From Escherichia coli (GTDB lineage Bacteria; Pseudomonadota; Gammaproteobacteria; Enterobacterales; Enterobacteriaceae): a stretch of DNA of 64,000 nt. The notes beneath the pieces were generated by a model. The model was not told where the DNA came from. It did no database searches and saw nothing but the letters and a program-made list of their open reading frames with translations. Location: NCBI RefSeq assembly GCF_030013595.1, contig NZ_CP122768.1, one strand, 5' to 3'. Both the position numbers and the translations under genes were made by a program. This document shows, piece after piece, positions 42,328-58,875 of the stretch; the stretch's first letter is position 1; the number at the start of each line of letters is the position of its first letter.

Positions 42328-43211
42328 GTGCTTATCTTATTAGGTTACCTGGTTGTTCTCGGTACAGTTTTCGGCGGTTATTTGATGACCGGTGGAAGCC
42401 TTGGAGCACTCTATCAACCCGCTGAACTGGTGATTATTGCCGGTGCAGGGATTGGGTCGTTTATCGTCGGCAATAATGGCAAAGCGATTAAAGGCACGCT
42501 GAAGGCGCTGCCGTTGCTGTTTCGTCGCTCCAAATACACCAAAGCAATGTATATGGATCTGCTGGCTCTGCTTTATCGGTTGATGGCGAAATCGCGGCAG
42601 ATGGGGATGTTTTCGCTGGAACGTGATATTGAAAATCCCCGTGAGAGCGAGATCTTCGCCAGCTACCCACGCATCCTTGCGGATAGCGTCATGCTTGATT
42701 TTATCGTCGATTATCTGCGTCTGATTATCAGCGGTCACATGAACACCTTCGAAATCGAAGCCCTGATGGATGAAGAGATTGAGACGCACGAAAGCGAAGC
42801 AGAAGTCCCGGCGAACAGTCTGGCGCTGGTCGGGGACTCACTTCCGGCGTTTGGTATTGTCGCGGCTGTGATGGGGGTCGTTCACGCGTTAGGTTCAGCC
42901 GATCGTCCTGCCGCCGAGCTGGGGGCGCTTATCGCACATGCGATGGTGGGGACTTTCCTCGGTATTTTATTGGCTTACGGATTTATTTCCCCATTAGCGA
43001 GTGTTTTACGTCAGAAAAGCGCCGAAACCAGCAAAATGATGCAGTGCGTCAAAGTCACACTGCTTTCTAATCTGAACGGTTACGCACCGCCTATCGCCGT
43101 TGAGTTTGGTCGCAAAACGCTCTATTCCAGCGAACGTCCGTCGTTTATTGAACTGGAAGAGCATGTGCGTGCGGTGAAAAATCCGCAACAACAGACGACA
43201 ACCGAGGAAGC

Positions 43212-43215
<4 letters not shown>
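42328..43215 (+). CDS. motA: Flagellar motor stator protein MotA
   Basis: Sequence recognised; GTG start. Confidence 0.95.
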
Positions 43216-46107
<2,892 letters not shown>

Positions 46108-46127
46108 ATGAGTAAAAAGGTAACAAT

Positions 46128-46631
46128 ATGACCGGTATGACGAATGTAACAAAGCTGGCCAGCGAGCCGTCAGGCCAGGAATTTCTGGTATTTACCCTTG
46201 GTGATGAAGAGTACGGTATTGATATTCTGAAAGTGCAGGAGATCCGTGGCTATGATCAGGTAACACGGATTGCGAACACGCCAGCGTTTATCAAAGGCGT
46301 CACGAATCTGCGCGGTGTTATTGTGCCGATTGTGGACTTACGAATTAAGTTCAGCCAGGTGGATGTGGACTATAACGACAACACGGTAGTTATCGTCCTG
46401 AATTTCGGACAGCGGGTGGTCGGCATCGTGGTTGACGGCGTTTCAGACGTGCTTTCATTGACGGCGGAGCAAATTCGTCCGGCACCGGAATTTGCCGTGA
46501 CGCTTTCAACAGAATATCTCACTGGACTGGGCGCACTGGGCGACCGGATGTTGATTCTGGTGAACATCGAAAAACTGCTGAACAGCGAAGAGATGGCGCT
46601 GTTAGATAGCGCGGCGTCAGAAGTGGCGTAA
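46128..46631 (+). CDS. cheW: Chemotaxis coupling protein CheW
   Basis: Sequence recognised. Confidence 0.95.
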   Translation: MTGMTNVTKLASEPSGQEFLVFTLGDEEYGIDILKVQEIRGYDQVTRIANTPAFIKGVTNLRGVIVPIVDLRIKFSQVDVDYNDNTVVIVLNFGQRVVGIVVDGVSDVLSLTAEQIRPAPEFAVTLSTEYLTGLGALGDRMLILVNIEKLLNSEEMALLDSAASEVA

Positions 46632-46657
46632 TTCTCCCGATTTCCTCAATTGCAATG

Positions 46658-46690
46658 AACCCGATGACCTGCGCATCGGGTTTTTTATTT
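46658..46690 (+). terminator. Rho-independent terminator after cheW (end of the motAB-cheAW operon)
   Basis: aacccgatg ... catcgggtt followed by T-run. Confidence 0.6.
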
Positions 46691-46775
46691 CAGTTTCGCG
46701 GCGGGTGGCATCAGCAATAAAGTTTCCCCCTTCCTTGCCGATAACGAGATCAACTTGTTTTCAGGAAGGTGCCTT

Positions 46776-48437
46776 ATGATTAACCGTATCCGCGTAGTCA
46801 CGCTGTTGGTAATGGTGCTGGGGGTATTCGCACTGTTACAGCTTATTTCCGGCAGTCTGTTTTTTTCTTCCCTTCACCATAGCCAGAAGAGCTTTGTGGT
46901 TTCCAATCAATTACGGGAACAGCAGGGCGAGCTGACGTCAACCTGGGATTTAATGCTGCAAACGCGCATTAACCTGAGTCGTTCAGCGGTGCGGATGATG
47001 ATGGACTCCTCCAATCAACAAAGTAACGCCAAAGTTGAATTGCTCGATAGCGCCAGGAAAACATTGGCCCAGGCCGCGACTCATTATAAAAAATTCAAAA
47101 GCATGGCACCGTTACCTGAAATGGTCGCTACCAGTCGTAATATTGATGAAAAATATAAAAACTATCACACAGCGTTAACTGAACTGATTGATTATCTTGA
47201 TTATGGCAATACTGGAGCTTATTTCGCTCAGCCAACCCAGGGAATGCAAAATGCAATGGGCGAAGCGTTTGCTCAGTACGCCCTCAGCAGTGAAAAACTG
47301 TATCGCGATATCGTCACTGACAACGCAGATGATTACCGATTTGCCCAGTGGCAACTGGCGGTTATTGCGCTGGTGGTGGTATTGATTATGCTGGTGGCGT
47401 GGTACGGCATTCGCCGTATGTTGCTTACACCGCTGGCAAAAATTATTGCTCACATTCGCGAAATCGCCGGTGGTAACCTGGCGAATACCCTGACCATTGA
47501 CGGGCGCAGTGAAATGGGCGACCTGGCGCAGAGCGTTTCACATATGCAACGCTCTTTGACTGACACCGTCACTCATGTGCGTGAAGGTTCCGATGCCATC
47601 TATGCCGGTACCCGTGAAATTGCGGCGGGCAACACCGATCTTTCCTCCCGTACTGAACAGCAGGCATCCGCGCTGGAAGAAACTGCCGCCAGCATGGAGC
47701 AGCTCACTGCGACAGTGAAGCAAAACGCCGATAACGCCCGCCAGGCCTCGCAACTGGCGCAAAGTGCCTCCGATACCGCCCAGCATGGCGGCAAAGTAGT
47801 GGATGGCGTAGTGAAAACGATGCATGAGATCGCCGATAGTTCGAAGAAAATTGCCGACATTATCAGCGTTATCGACGGTATTGCCTTCCAGACTAATATC
47901 CTCGCGTTGAATGCCGCTGTTGAAGCCGCGCGTGCGGGTGAACAGGGCCGTGGTTTTGCCGTGGTGGCGGGCGAAGTGCGTAATCTTGCCAGTCGCAGCG
48001 CCCAGGCGGCAAAAGAGATCAAAGCCCTCATTGAAGACTCCGTCTCGCGCGTTGATACCGGTTCGGTGCTGGTCGAAAGCGCCGGGGAAACAATGAACAA
48101 TATCGTCAATGCTGTCACTCGCGTGACTGACATTATGGGCGAGATTGCATCGGCATCGGATGAACAGAGCCGTGGCATCGATCAAGTCGCATTGGCGGTT
48201 TCGGAAATGGATCGCGTCACGCAACAGAACGCATCGCTGGTGCAGGAATCAGCTGCCGCCGCAGCTGCGCTGGAAGAACAGGCTAGTCGTTTAACGCAAG
48301 CGGTTTCCGCGTTTCGTCTGGCAGCCAGCCCACTCACCAATAAACCGCAAACACCATCCCGTCCTGCCAGTGAGCAACCACCGGCACAGCCACGACTGCG
48401 AATTGCTGAACAAGATCCAAACTGGGAAACATTTTGA
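46776..48437 (+). CDS. tar: Methyl-accepting chemotaxis protein II (aspartate receptor) Tar
   Basis: Sequence recognised; start MINRIRV. Confidence 0.95.
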   Translation: MINRIRVVTLLVMVLGVFALLQLISGSLFFSSLHHSQKSFVVSNQLREQQGELTSTWDLMLQTRINLSRSAVRMMMDSSNQQSNAKVELLDSARKTLAQAATHYKKFKSMAPLPEMVATSRNIDEKYKNYHTALTELIDYLDYGNTGAYFAQPTQGMQNAMGEAFAQYALSSEKLYRDIVTDNADDYRFAQWQLAVIALVVVLIMLVAWYGIRRMLLTPLAKIIAHIREIAGGNLANTLTIDGRSEMGDLAQSVSHMQRSLTDTVTHVREGSDAIYAGTREIAAGNTDLSSRTEQQASALEETAASMEQLTATVKQNADNARQASQLAQSASDTAQHGGKVVDGVVKTMHEIADSSKKIADIISVIDGIAFQTNILALNAAVEAARAGEQGRGFAVVAGEVRNLASRSAQAAKEIKALIEDSVSRVDTGSVLVESAGETMNNIVNAVTRVTDIMGEIASASDEQSRGIDQVALAVSEMDRVTQQNASLVQESAAAAAALEEQASRLTQAVSAFRLAASPLTNKPQTPSRPASEQPPAQPRLRIAEQDPNWETF

Positions 48438-48482
48438 CGAGTATTTACTAACGCGGTCATTGCCGCCTGATGGGGAGCGTTG

Positions 48483-50084
48483 ATGTTTAATCGTATTCGA
48501 ATTTCGACCACGCTGTTTTTAATTTTGATTCTCTGCGGGATCTTGCAGATTGGCAGTAACGGCATGTCTTTTTGGGCATTTCGCGACGATTTGCAACGAC
48601 TGAATCAGGTCGAGCAGAGCAATCAGCAACGTGCGGCATTAGCGCAAACTCGGGCGGTAATGTTACAGGCCAGTACCGCGCTGAACAAAGCAGGCACTCT
48701 GACAGCGCTTAGCTATCCGGCGGATGACATTAAAACGTTGATGACGACGGCGCGCGCCAGTCTGACGCAATCCACCACGCTGTTTAAAAGTTTTATGGCG
48801 ATGACTGCGGGCAACGAGCACGTCAGGGCATTGCAAAAAGAGACGGAGAAAAGTTTTGCCCGCTGGCACAACGATCTCGAACATCAGGCGACCTGGCTTG
48901 AAAGTAATCAACTTTCGGATTTCCTCACTGCGCCGGTGCAGGGATCACAGAATGCGTTTGACGTTAACTTTGAGGCCTGGCAGCTGGGGATCAACCATGT
49001 GCTGGAAGCCGCCAGTGCGCAAAGCCAGCGTAACTATCAGATTTCGGCGCTGGTGTTTATCAGCATGATTATTGTTGCGGCGATCTACATCAGCAGTGCG
49101 CTGTGGTGGACGCGCAAGATGATTGTTCAACCACTGGCCATTATCGGTAGCCATTTTGACAGCATTGCTGCGGGTAATCTGGCGCGTCCGATTGCGGTAT
49201 ATGGTCGTAATGAGATCACCGCCATTTTTGCCAGCCTGAAGATCATGCAGCAGGCTTTGCGTGGGACGGTGAGTGATGTGCGTAAGGGAAGCCAGGAGAT
49301 GCACATTGGTATCGCGGAGATTGTCGTAGGCAATAACGATCTCTCAAGTCGTACCGAACAGCAGGCGGCATCGCTGGCACAAACGGCCGCCAGTATGGAG
49401 CAATTAACCGCCACGGTAGGGCAAAACGCCGATAACGCGCGCCAGGCGTCGGAACTGGCAAAAAATGCCGCGACAACGGCGCAGGCGGGCGGTGTTCAGG
49501 TCAGTACCATGACTCACACCATGCAGGAGATCGCCACCAGCTCGCAAAAAATTGGCGACATTATCAGCGTTATCGACGGCATTGCTTTCCAGACCAATAT
49601 TCTGGCCCTGAATGCGGCAGTGGAAGCGGCTCGCGCCGGAGAGCAGGGTCGTGGTTTTGCGGTAGTGGCAGGTGAAGTGCGCAATCTTGCCAGCCGTAGC
49701 GCCCAGGCAGCAAAAGAGATCAAAGGGCTGATCGAAGAGTCAGTCAATCGTGTCCAGCAGGGTTCGAAACTGGTGAATAACGCCGCCGCGACCATGACCG
49801 ATATTGTCAGTTCGGTGACCCGCGTGAACGACATTATGGGAGAAATTGCCTCTGCGTCGGAAGAACAACGGCGGGGAATTGAGCAGGTTGCACAGGCTGT
49901 CAGCCAGATGGATCAGGTGACACAGCAGAACGCCTCGCTGGTAGAAGAAGCGGCGGCGGCAACGGAACAACTGGCGAACCAGGCTGACCATCTTTCGTCG
50001 CGTGTGGCGGTATTTACCCTTGAAGAACATGAAGTAGCACGACATGAGTCGGCGCAGTTACATATTGCGCCAGTGGTATCCTGA
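48483..50084 (+). CDS. tap: Methyl-accepting chemotaxis protein IV (dipeptide receptor) Tap
   Basis: Sequence recognised; start MFNRIRIS. Confidence 0.95.
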   Translation: MFNRIRISTTLFLILILCGILQIGSNGMSFWAFRDDLQRLNQVEQSNQQRAALAQTRAVMLQASTALNKAGTLTALSYPADDIKTLMTTARASLTQSTTLFKSFMAMTAGNEHVRALQKETEKSFARWHNDLEHQATWLESNQLSDFLTAPVQGSQNAFDVNFEAWQLGINHVLEAASAQSQRNYQISALVFISMIIVAAIYISSALWWTRKMIVQPLAIIGSHFDSIAAGNLARPIAVYGRNEITAIFASLKIMQQALRGTVSDVRKGSQEMHIGIAEIVVGNNDLSSRTEQQAASLAQTAASMEQLTATVGQNADNARQASELAKNAATTAQAGGVQVSTMTHTMQEIATSSQKIGDIISVIDGIAFQTNILALNAAVEAARAGEQGRGFAVVAGEVRNLASRSAQAAKEIKGLIEESVNRVQQGSKLVNNAAATMTDIVSSVTRVNDIMGEIASASEEQRRGIEQVAQAVSQMDQVTQQNASLVEEAAAATEQLANQADHLSSRVAVFTLEEHEVARHESAQLHIAPVVS

Positions 50085-50102
50085 AGTGATTGAGAAGGCG
50101 CT

Positions 50103-50963
50103 ATGACTTCATCTCTGCCCTGTGGGCAAACGTCTTTATTGTTACAGATGACCGAGCGCCTGGCGCTTTCCGACGCGCATTTTCGGCGGATAAGTCAATT
50201 GATCTATCAACGAGCCGGGATCGTTCTGGCTGACCATAAACGCGACATGGTTTACAACCGACTGGTTCGTCGTTTGCGTTCGCTGGGACTGACGGATTTC
50301 GGCCATTACTTGAACTTGCTGGAATCTAACCAGCACAGCGGTGAGTGGCAGGCGTTTATCAATTCGCTGACCACGAATCTGACGGCATTTTTCCGTGAGG
50401 CGCATCATTTTCCTCTGCTCGCGGATCACGCACGTCGTCGTTCTGGCGAGTATCGCGTATGGAGCGCGGCGGCTTCGACCGGCGAAGAGCCGTACAGCAT
50501 TGCGATGACGCTGGCTGACACATTGGGCACCGCGCCCGGACGCTGGAAAGTGTTTGCCAGCGACATTGACACCGAAGTGCTGGAAAAAGCCAGAAGCGGT
50601 ATTTATCGCCATGAAGAGTTGAAAAACCTGACGCCGCAGCAACTGCAACGGTATTTCATGCGAGGGACGGGACCGCATGAAGGGCTGGTACGCGTGCGTC
50701 AGGAGCTGGCGAATTATGTTGATTTTGCCCCGCTGAATTTACTGGCGAAACAATACACCGTGCCGGGGCCGTTTGATGCGATCTTCTGTCGTAACGTCAT
50801 GATCTACTTCGATCAAACTACCCAGCAGGAGATTTTGCGCCGCTTTGTTCCGCTCCTTAAACCCGACGGATTGCTGTTTGCGGGTCACTCTGAAAACTTT
50901 AGCCACCTTGAGCGCCGCTTCACGCTGCGTGGTCAGACGGTGTATGCGCTAAGTAAGGATTAA
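50103..50963 (+). CDS. cheR: Chemotaxis methyltransferase CheR
   Basis: Sequence recognised. Confidence 0.95.
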
Positions 50964-50965
50964 CG

Positions 50966-52419
<1,454 letters not shown>

Positions 52420-52429
52420 GGATGCGACT

Positions 52430-53074
52430 ATGATGCAACCATCAATCAAACCTGCTGACGAGCATTCAGCTGGCGATATCATTGCGCGCATCGGCAGCCT
52501 GACGCGTATGCTGCGCGACAGTTTGCGGGAGCTGGGGCTGGATCAGGCCATTGCCGAAGCGGCGGAAGCCATCCCCGATGCGCGCGATCGTTTGTACTAT
52601 GTTGTGCAGATGACCGCCCAGGCTGCTGAGCGGGCGCTGAACAGTGTTGAGGCGTCACAACCGCATCAGGATCAAATGGAGAAATCAGCAAAAGCGTTAA
52701 CCCAACGTTGGGATGACTGGTTTGCCGATCCGATTGACCTTGCCGACGCCCGAGAACTGGTAACAGATACGCGGCAATTTCTGGCAGATGTCCCCGCGCA
52801 TACCAGCTTTACTAACGCGCAACTGCTGGAAATCATGATGGCGCAGGATTTTCAGGATCTCACCGGACAGGTCATTAAGCGGATGATGGATGTCATTCAG
52901 GAGATCGAACGCCAGTTGTTGATGGTGCTGTTGGAAAACATCCCGGAACAGGAGTCGCGTCCAAAACGTGAAAACCAGAGTTTGCTTAATGGACCTCAGG
53001 TCGATACCAGCAAAGCCGGTGTGGTAGCCAGTCAGGATCAGGTGGACGATTTGTTGGATAGTCTTGGATTTTGA
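52430..53074 (+). CDS. cheZ: CheY-phosphate phosphatase CheZ
   Basis: Sequence recognised; start trimmed to MMQPSIKP. Confidence 0.95.
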
Positions 53075-53079
53075 TTTGT

Positions 53080-53140
53080 ATTGCCTGATGTGGCGTGACC
53101 ACGTCATATCAGGCGATGACGCCGCATCCGACAAACGCAT
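53080..53140. repeat. REP-like palindromic unit(s) in the cheZ-flhB intergenic region
   Basis: Imperfect hairpin gcctgat...atcaggc followed by gatgacgccgcatccgac, resembling the REP consensus. Confidence 0.4.
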
Positions 53141-53262
53141 ACTATGCTTGATGTGTGGCAGCAAAAGCCCTAAATCCCGCCTGTTTTGCCCCTTACTCAA
53201 ACCATTGAACGCTTTGCGCTCTGGCATCATTTACGCTTAATACTCTTTCCAGGATTGGCGAC

Positions 53263-54411
53263 GTGTCTGACGAGAGCGACGACAAAACAGAAGCCCCCAC
53301 ACCTCACCGACTAGAAAAAGCGCGGGAAGAGGGGCAAATCCCGCGTTCCCGTGAACTGACTTCACTGCTGATTTTGCTGGTGGGCGTTAGTGTTATCTGG
53401 TTTGGCGGTGTGTCGCTGGCCCGTCGATTGTCGGGCATGCTCTCCGCTGGGCTGCATTTTGATCACAGTATTATCAATGACCCGAATCTGATCCTCGGGC
53501 AGATTATTCTGCTGATCAGAGAAGCCATGCTGGCGCTGCTGCCACTCATTAGCGGCGTGGTGCTGGTGGCGCTCATTTCTCCGGTCATGCTGGGAGGGCT
53601 GGTATTTAGCGGAAAATCCTTGCAGCCAAAGTTTTCCAAACTCAACCCGCTACCGGGGATTAAACGGATGTTCTCGGCACAGACTGGCGCGGAGTTGCTT
53701 AAAGCAATTTTGAAAACCATCCTGGTTGGCAGCGTGACGGGATTTTTTCTCTGGCATCACTGGCCGCAGATGATGCGCTTAATGGCTGAGTCTCCGATTA
53801 CCGCCATGGGTAATGCGATGGATCTGGTAGGGCTATGCGCGCTGCTGGTGGTGCTTGGTGTCATTCCAATGGTGGGATTTGACGTCTTTTTCCAAATCTT
53901 CAGCCACCTGAAAAAGCTGCGAATGTCACGGCAGGATATTCGTGATGAGTTCAAACAAAGCGAAGGCGACCCCCATGTTAAAGGGCGGATCCGTCAGATG
54001 CAGCGAGCGGCCGCACGGCGTCGGATGATGGCCGATGTGCCGAAAGCGGATGTCATTGTCAATAACCCGACCCACTATTCGGTAGCGTTGCAGTATGACG
54101 AAAACAAAATGAGCGCACCGAAAGTGGTCGCTAAAGGTGCAGGGCTGGTCGCGCTGCGCATTCGTGAAATTGGCGCTGAAAATAACGTCCCGACGCTTGA
54201 AGCGCCGCCGCTGGCGCGTGCGCTGTATCGACATGCGGAGATCGGTCAACAAATCCCGGGTCAACTGTACGCCGCGGTGGCGGAAGTGCTGGCCTGGGTC
54301 TGGCAACTGAAACGCTGGCGTCTGGCCGGTGGACAGCGCCCTGTACAACCTACTCATCTTCCGGTGCCGGAAGCCCTGGATTTTATTAACGAGAAACCGA
54401 CCCATGAGTAA
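53263..54411 (+). CDS. flhB: Flagellar export apparatus protein FlhB
   Basis: Sequence recognised; GTG start; NPTH autocleavage motif. Confidence 0.95.
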   Translation: MSDESDDKTEAPTPHRLEKAREEGQIPRSRELTSLLILLVGVSVIWFGGVSLARRLSGMLSAGLHFDHSIINDPNLILGQIILLIREAMLALLPLISGVVLVALISPVMLGGLVFSGKSLQPKFSKLNPLPGIKRMFSAQTGAELLKAILKTILVGSVTGFFLWHHWPQMMRLMAESPITAMGNAMDLVGLCALLVVLGVIPMVGFDVFFQIFSHLKKLRMSRQDIRDEFKQSEGDPHVKGRIRQMQRAAARRRMMADVPKADVIVNNPTHYSVALQYDENKMSAPKVVAKGAGLVALRIREIGAENNVPTLEAPPLARALYRHAEIGQQIPGQLYAAVAEVLAWVWQLKRWRLAGGQRPVQPTHLPVPEALDFINEKPTHE

Positions 54412-56482
54412 TCTGGCCGCGATGCTGCGCCTGCCCGCAAACCTGAAATCGACACAATGGCAGATCCTTGCCGGACCGATTTTGATCCTGTTGATCTTGT
54501 CGATGATGGTGCTGCCACTGCCCGCATTCATACTCGACCTGTTGTTTACCTTCAATATTGCCTTGTCGATCATGGTGTTGCTGGTGGCGATGTTTACCCA
54601 GCGCACGCTTGAGTTTGCTGCGTTTCCGACCATTCTGTTGTTTACCACGCTGTTGCGTCTGGCACTTAACGTGGCTTCAACCCGTATCATTTTGATGGAA
54701 GGGCATACCGGCGCGGCGGCGGCTGGAAAGGTGGTCGAAGCGTTCGGTCACTTCCTCGTTGGTGGCAATTTCGCTATCGGTATCGTGGTGTTCGTCATTC
54801 TCGTGATCATCAACTTTATGGTTATCACCAAAGGTGCCGGGCGTATTGCGGAAGTGGGCGCGCGCTTTGTTCTCGATGGTATGCCGGGTAAGCAGATGGC
54901 GATTGACGCCGACCTTAACGCCGGATTGATTGGTGAAGATGAAGCGAAAAAACGCCGCTCCGAAGTGACTCAGGAAGCCGATTTTTACGGTTCAATGGAC
55001 GGGGCAAGTAAGTTTGTTCGCGGCGATGCCATCGCCGGGATCCTCATCATGGTCATAAACGTTGTCGGTGGGTTGCTGGTCGGCGTGCTGCAACATGGCA
55101 TGAGCATGGGACACGCGGCGGAAAGTTATACGCTATTGACCATTGGCGACGGTCTGGTGGCACAAATTCCGGCGTTGGTGATTTCTACCGCCGCGGGGGT
55201 CATCGTTACGCGTGTCAGCACCGATCAGGATGTTGGCGAGCAGATGGTGAATCAGCTTTTCAGTAACCCGAGCGTTATGTTGTTAAGCGCCGCCGTGCTC
55301 GGTTTACTCGGCCTGGTGCCTGGAATGCCGAACCTGGTATTTTTGCTGTTCACTGCCGGATTGCTTGGGCTGGCCTGGTGGATCCGCGGACGCGAACAAA
55401 AAGCGCCTGCCGAACCAAAACCGGTAAAAATGGCAGAGAATAATGCCGTTGTCGAAGCGACGTGGAACGATGTACAACTGGAAGATTCTCTGGGAATGGA
55501 AGTGGGTTATCGCCTGATCCCGATGGTCGATTTCCAGCAGGATGGTGAGTTGCTGGGCCGTATACGCAGTATTCGCAAGAAATTTGCCCAGGAGATGGGG
55601 TTTCTGCCGCCGGTGGTGCACATTCGCGACAATATGGATCTGCAACCTGCCCGCTATCGCATTTTGATGAAAGGCGTGGAGATAGGCAGTGGTGATGCTT
55701 ATCCGGGGCGTTGGTTGGCGATTAACCCTGGTACCGCTGCCGGGACGTTACCTGGTGAGGCGACCGTCGATCCGGCATTTGGCCTGAATGCTATCTGGAT
55801 TGAAAGTGCGCTTAAAGAACAGGCGCAGATTCAGGGGTACACCGTGGTTGAGGCCAGCACGGTGGTGGCAACGCATCTTAACCACCTCATTAGCCAGCAT
55901 GCCGCAGAGCTGTTTGGTCGTCAGGAGGCGCAACAGTTGCTGGATCGCGTCGCCCAGGAGATGCCAAAGCTGACGGAAGATCTCGTTCCTGGCGTCGTCA
56001 CGCTCACCACACTGCATAAAGTGCTGCAAAATCTGCTCGATGAAAAAGTGCCGATTCGCGATATGCGCACTATTCTCGAAACGCTGGCGGAACATGCGCC
56101 CATCCAAAGCGATCCACATGAATTAACCGCCGTCGTGCGCGTGGCGTTGGGACGGGCGATTACCCAGCAGTGGTTTCCTGGCAAAGATGAAGTTCATGTT
56201 ATTGGCCTCGATACACCGCTGGAACGTTTGTTGCTACAGGCGTTGCAGGGCGGGGGCGGACTGGAGCCAGGGCTGGCGGATCGTTTACTGGCGCAAACTC
56301 AGGAAGCGCTATCCCGTCAGGAGATGTTGGGTGCGCCGCCAGTTTTATTGGTGAACCACGCGCTGCGACCATTATTGTCTCGCTTCCTGCGCCGCAGCTT
56401 GCCGCAGTTAGTGGTGCTGTCGAATCTGGAACTATCTGATAACCGACATATCCGCATGACGGCGACAATTGGCGGTAAATGA
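54404..56482 (+). CDS. flhA: Flagellar export apparatus protein FlhA
   Basis: Sequence recognised; start trimmed to MSNLAAM. Confidence 0.95.
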   Translation: MSNLAAMLRLPANLKSTQWQILAGPILILLILSMMVLPLPAFILDLLFTFNIALSIMVLLVAMFTQRTLEFAAFPTILLFTTLLRLALNVASTRIILMEGHTGAAAAGKVVEAFGHFLVGGNFAIGIVVFVILVIINFMVITKGAGRIAEVGARFVLDGMPGKQMAIDADLNAGLIGEDEAKKRRSEVTQEADFYGSMDGASKFVRGDAIAGILIMVINVVGGLLVGVLQHGMSMGHAAESYTLLTIGDGLVAQIPALVISTAAGVIVTRVSTDQDVGEQMVNQLFSNPSVMLLSAAVLGLLGLVPGMPNLVFLLFTAGLLGLAWWIRGREQKAPAEPKPVKMAENNAVVEATWNDVQLEDSLGMEVGYRLIPMVDFQQDGELLGRIRSIRKKFAQEMGFLPPVVHIRDNMDLQPARYRILMKGVEIGSGDAYPGRWLAINPGTAAGTLPGEATVDPAFGLNAIWIESALKEQAQIQGYTVVEASTVVATHLNHLISQHAAELFGRQEAQQLLDRVAQEMPKLTEDLVPGVVTLTTLHKVLQNLLDEKVPIRDMRTILETLAEHAPIQSDPHELTAVVRVALGRAITQQWFPGKDEVHVIGLDTPLERLLLQALQGGGGLEPGLADRLLAQTQEALSRQEMLGAPPVLLVNHALRPLLSRFLRRSLPQLVVLSNLELSDNRHIRMTATIGGK

Positions 56483-56874
56483 TGAGAACCTTATTAGCAA
56501 TATTATTGTTTCCGCTGCTGGTGCAAGCCGCCGGGGAGGGGATGTGGCAGGCGAGTAGTGTGGGCGTTACGCTGAATCACCGTGGTGAGTCGATGTCGTC
56601 AGCGCCTCTTTCTACTCGACAACCTGCTGCAGGATTGATGACGCTGGTGGCGTGGCGTTATCAGCTTATCGGCCCGACACCTGCAGGACTGCGGGTTCGC
56701 TTGTGTTCACAATCTCGTTGTGTCGAATTAGAAGGGCAGAGTGGAACCACCGTGGCCTTTTCCGGTATACCGGCGATAGAACCGTTGCGATTTATCTGGG
56801 AAGTGCCTGGCGGTGGGCGGTTAATTCCGCCGCTAAAGGTACAACGGAATGAAGTGATTGTGAATTATCGTTAA
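56482..56874 (+). CDS. flhE: Flagellar protein FlhE
   Basis: Sequence recognised (130 aa). Confidence 0.9.
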   Translation: MRTLLAILLFPLLVQAAGEGMWQASSVGVTLNHRGESMSSAPLSTRQPAAGLMTLVAWRYQLIGPTPAGLRVRLCSQSRCVELEGQSGTTVAFSGIPAIEPLRFIWEVPGGGRLIPPLKVQRNEVIVNYR

Positions 56875-56880
56875 TGATAA

Positions 56881-56914
56881 AAAAGCCGATGTCTGCCATG
56901 ACATCGGCTTTTGC
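56881..56914. terminator. Bidirectional terminator hairpin between convergent flhE and argS
   Basis: aagccgatgtc tgccatg gacatcggctt. Confidence 0.55.
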
Positions 56915-56926
56915 CGTATAACGCGA

Positions 56927-58660
56927 TTACATACGCTCTACTGTCTCAATACCCAGCGTATCCAGACCCAGTTTCAGCGTCTTCGCCGTCAGTTGTGCCA
57001 GTTTCAGACGGCTGTTACGCACTTCTTCGTTTTCTGCGCTGAGGATCGGGCAGTGCTCGTAGAAGCCAGAGAACAGACCAGCCAGATCGTACAGGTAAGC
57101 ACACATCACATGCGGCGTGCCTTCACGGGCAACCACGGTGAGGGTTTCTTCAAACTGCAGCAGGCGAGCTGCCAGTTGCGCTTCACGATCTTCACGGATG
57201 ATAACCGGAGCTGCAGCCAGTTGCTCTTCGTCAATTTCTGCTTTACGGAACACGGACAATACACGCGTGTATGCATACTGCATGTATGGCGCGGTATTAC
57301 CCTCAAACGCCAGCATGTTGTCCCAGTCGAAGATGTAGTCCGTGGTGCGGTTTTTGGAGAGATCCGCATATTTCACCGCACCAATACCAACTGCGTTAGC
57401 CAGTTTTTCCAGCTCGTCGGCTGGCATATCCGGGTTCTTTTCTGCCACCAGACGACGTGCACGCTCCAGGGCTTCATCCAGCAGATCGGCCAGTTTCACC
57501 GTACCGCCAGCGCGGGTTTTGAACGGTTTGCCGTCTTTACCCAGCATCATGCCGAACATGTGGTGTTCCAGCGGTACGGATTCCGGTACATAGCCCGCTT
57601 TGCGGACGATAGCCCACGCCTGCATCAGGTGTTGATGCTGACGGGAGTCGATGTAATACAGCACGCGATCGGCATGCAGTGTTTCATAACGATATTTCGC
57701 ACAGGCGATATCAGTGGTGGTGTAGAGATAGCCACCATCTTTCTTCTGAATGATCACGCCCATCGGTTCGCCTTCCTTGTTTTTGAACTCATCAAGGAAT
57801 ACGACGGTCGCGCCTTCGCTTTCTACTGCCAGACCTTTGGCTTTGAGATCTGCCACGATACCCGGCAGCATCGGGTTATAGAGGCTTTCGCCCATCACGT
57901 CATCACGGGTCAGAGTCACGTTGAGACGATCGTAGGTGATCTGGTTCTGCGTCATGGTGATGTCGACCAGTTTGCGCCACATCTCGCGGAAATATTCGTC
58001 ACCGCTTTGCAGTTTTACCACGTAGTTACGTGCACGCTCGGCAAACTCTTCATCCTCGTCGTAATGCTTTTTCGCATCGCGGTAGAAACCTTCAAGGTCA
58101 GCCAGCTCCATTTCACCGGCGTTTTCTTGCTGCTGCTTTTCCAGCCATGCAATCAGCATACCGAACTGAGTGCCCCAGTCGCCGACGTGGTTTGCGCGAA
58201 TCACTTTGTGACCGAGGAACTCCAGAGTACGCACTGCTGCGTCACCAATAATGGTAGAGCGCAGGTGACCGACATGCATCTCTTTCGCCACGTTTGGCGC
58301 AGAGTAGTCAACCACAATGGTCTGTTTTTCTGGCGTAGCAACACCGAGACGATCGGACGCCAGCGCCTGCTGAACATGATCAGCCAGGAATGCCGGATCA
58401 AGGAAAATGTTGATAAAGCCTGGACCGGCGATCTCAACTTTGCTGGCGATACCGTTAAGATCCAGATGAGTCAGCACCTGCTCTGCTAATTGTCGCGGTG
58501 CCATACCCAGTTTTTTAGCAACTGCCATCATGCCGTTAGCCTGATAGTCGCCGAACTGAACTTTTGCTGACTGACGAACCTGCGGTTCGCAATCCGCAGG
58601 CGCGCCTGCCGCAATCATGGCCTGACGGACTTTTTCTGAGAGAAGAGCCTGAATATTCAC
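56927..58660 (-). CDS. argS: Arginine--tRNA ligase ArgS
   Basis: 577-aa class I aaRS; HVGH motif; sequence recognised. Confidence 0.95.
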   Translation of the reverse strand: MNIQALLSEKVRQAMIAAGAPADCEPQVRQSAKVQFGDYQANGMMAVAKKLGMAPRQLAEQVLTHLDLNGIASKVEIAGPGFINIFLDPAFLADHVQQALASDRLGVATPEKQTIVVDYSAPNVAKEMHVGHLRSTIIGDAAVRTLEFLGHKVIRANHVGDWGTQFGMLIAWLEKQQQENAGEMELADLEGFYRDAKKHYDEDEEFAERARNYVVKLQSGDEYFREMWRKLVDITMTQNQITYDRLNVTLTRDDVMGESLYNPMLPGIVADLKAKGLAVESEGATVVFLDEFKNKEGEPMGVIIQKKDGGYLYTTTDIACAKYRYETLHADRVLYYIDSRQHQHLMQAWAIVRKAGYVPESVPLEHHMFGMMLGKDGKPFKTRAGGTVKLADLLDEALERARRLVAEKNPDMPADELEKLANAVGIGAVKYADLSKNRTTDYIFDWDNMLAFEGNTAPYMQYAYTRVLSVFRKAEIDEEQLAAAPVIIREDREAQLAARLLQFEETLTVVAREGTPHVMCAYLYDLAGLFSGFYEHCPILSAENEEVRNSRLKLAQLTAKTLKLGLDTLGIETVERM

Positions 58661-58875
58661 CGGAATACCTTACATTGATGAAGCGAGCAAAAATTGCCCG
58701 CACCAGTTAAAGAAATTAGGGCGGGAGTATACTGCAAATGGCTGTTTTCGTCAGCAACGTGCGCGTGGCGTATTGCCGTTTTCACTATTGCATCAGAAGC
58801 GGCGTGAAATCAGCGGTTGGTTGGCGCAGGGCAACAGGGTAAATTAACGCTTTTACTGAAAGACGAAGAGTGATT

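Noticed and set aside
47538-49834. Long minus-strand ORFs (for example 47538..48224, 47600..48178, 49514..49834) and near-identical repeated segments within tar and tap
   Set aside because: Antisense ORFs are artefacts of GC-rich, codon-biased coding sequence; the repeat is the paralogous signalling domain of the two chemoreceptor genes, not a repeat element or CRISPR array
56993-58489. 498-aa plus-strand ORF
   Set aside because: Lies entirely antisense within argS, whose product is unambiguous; spurious
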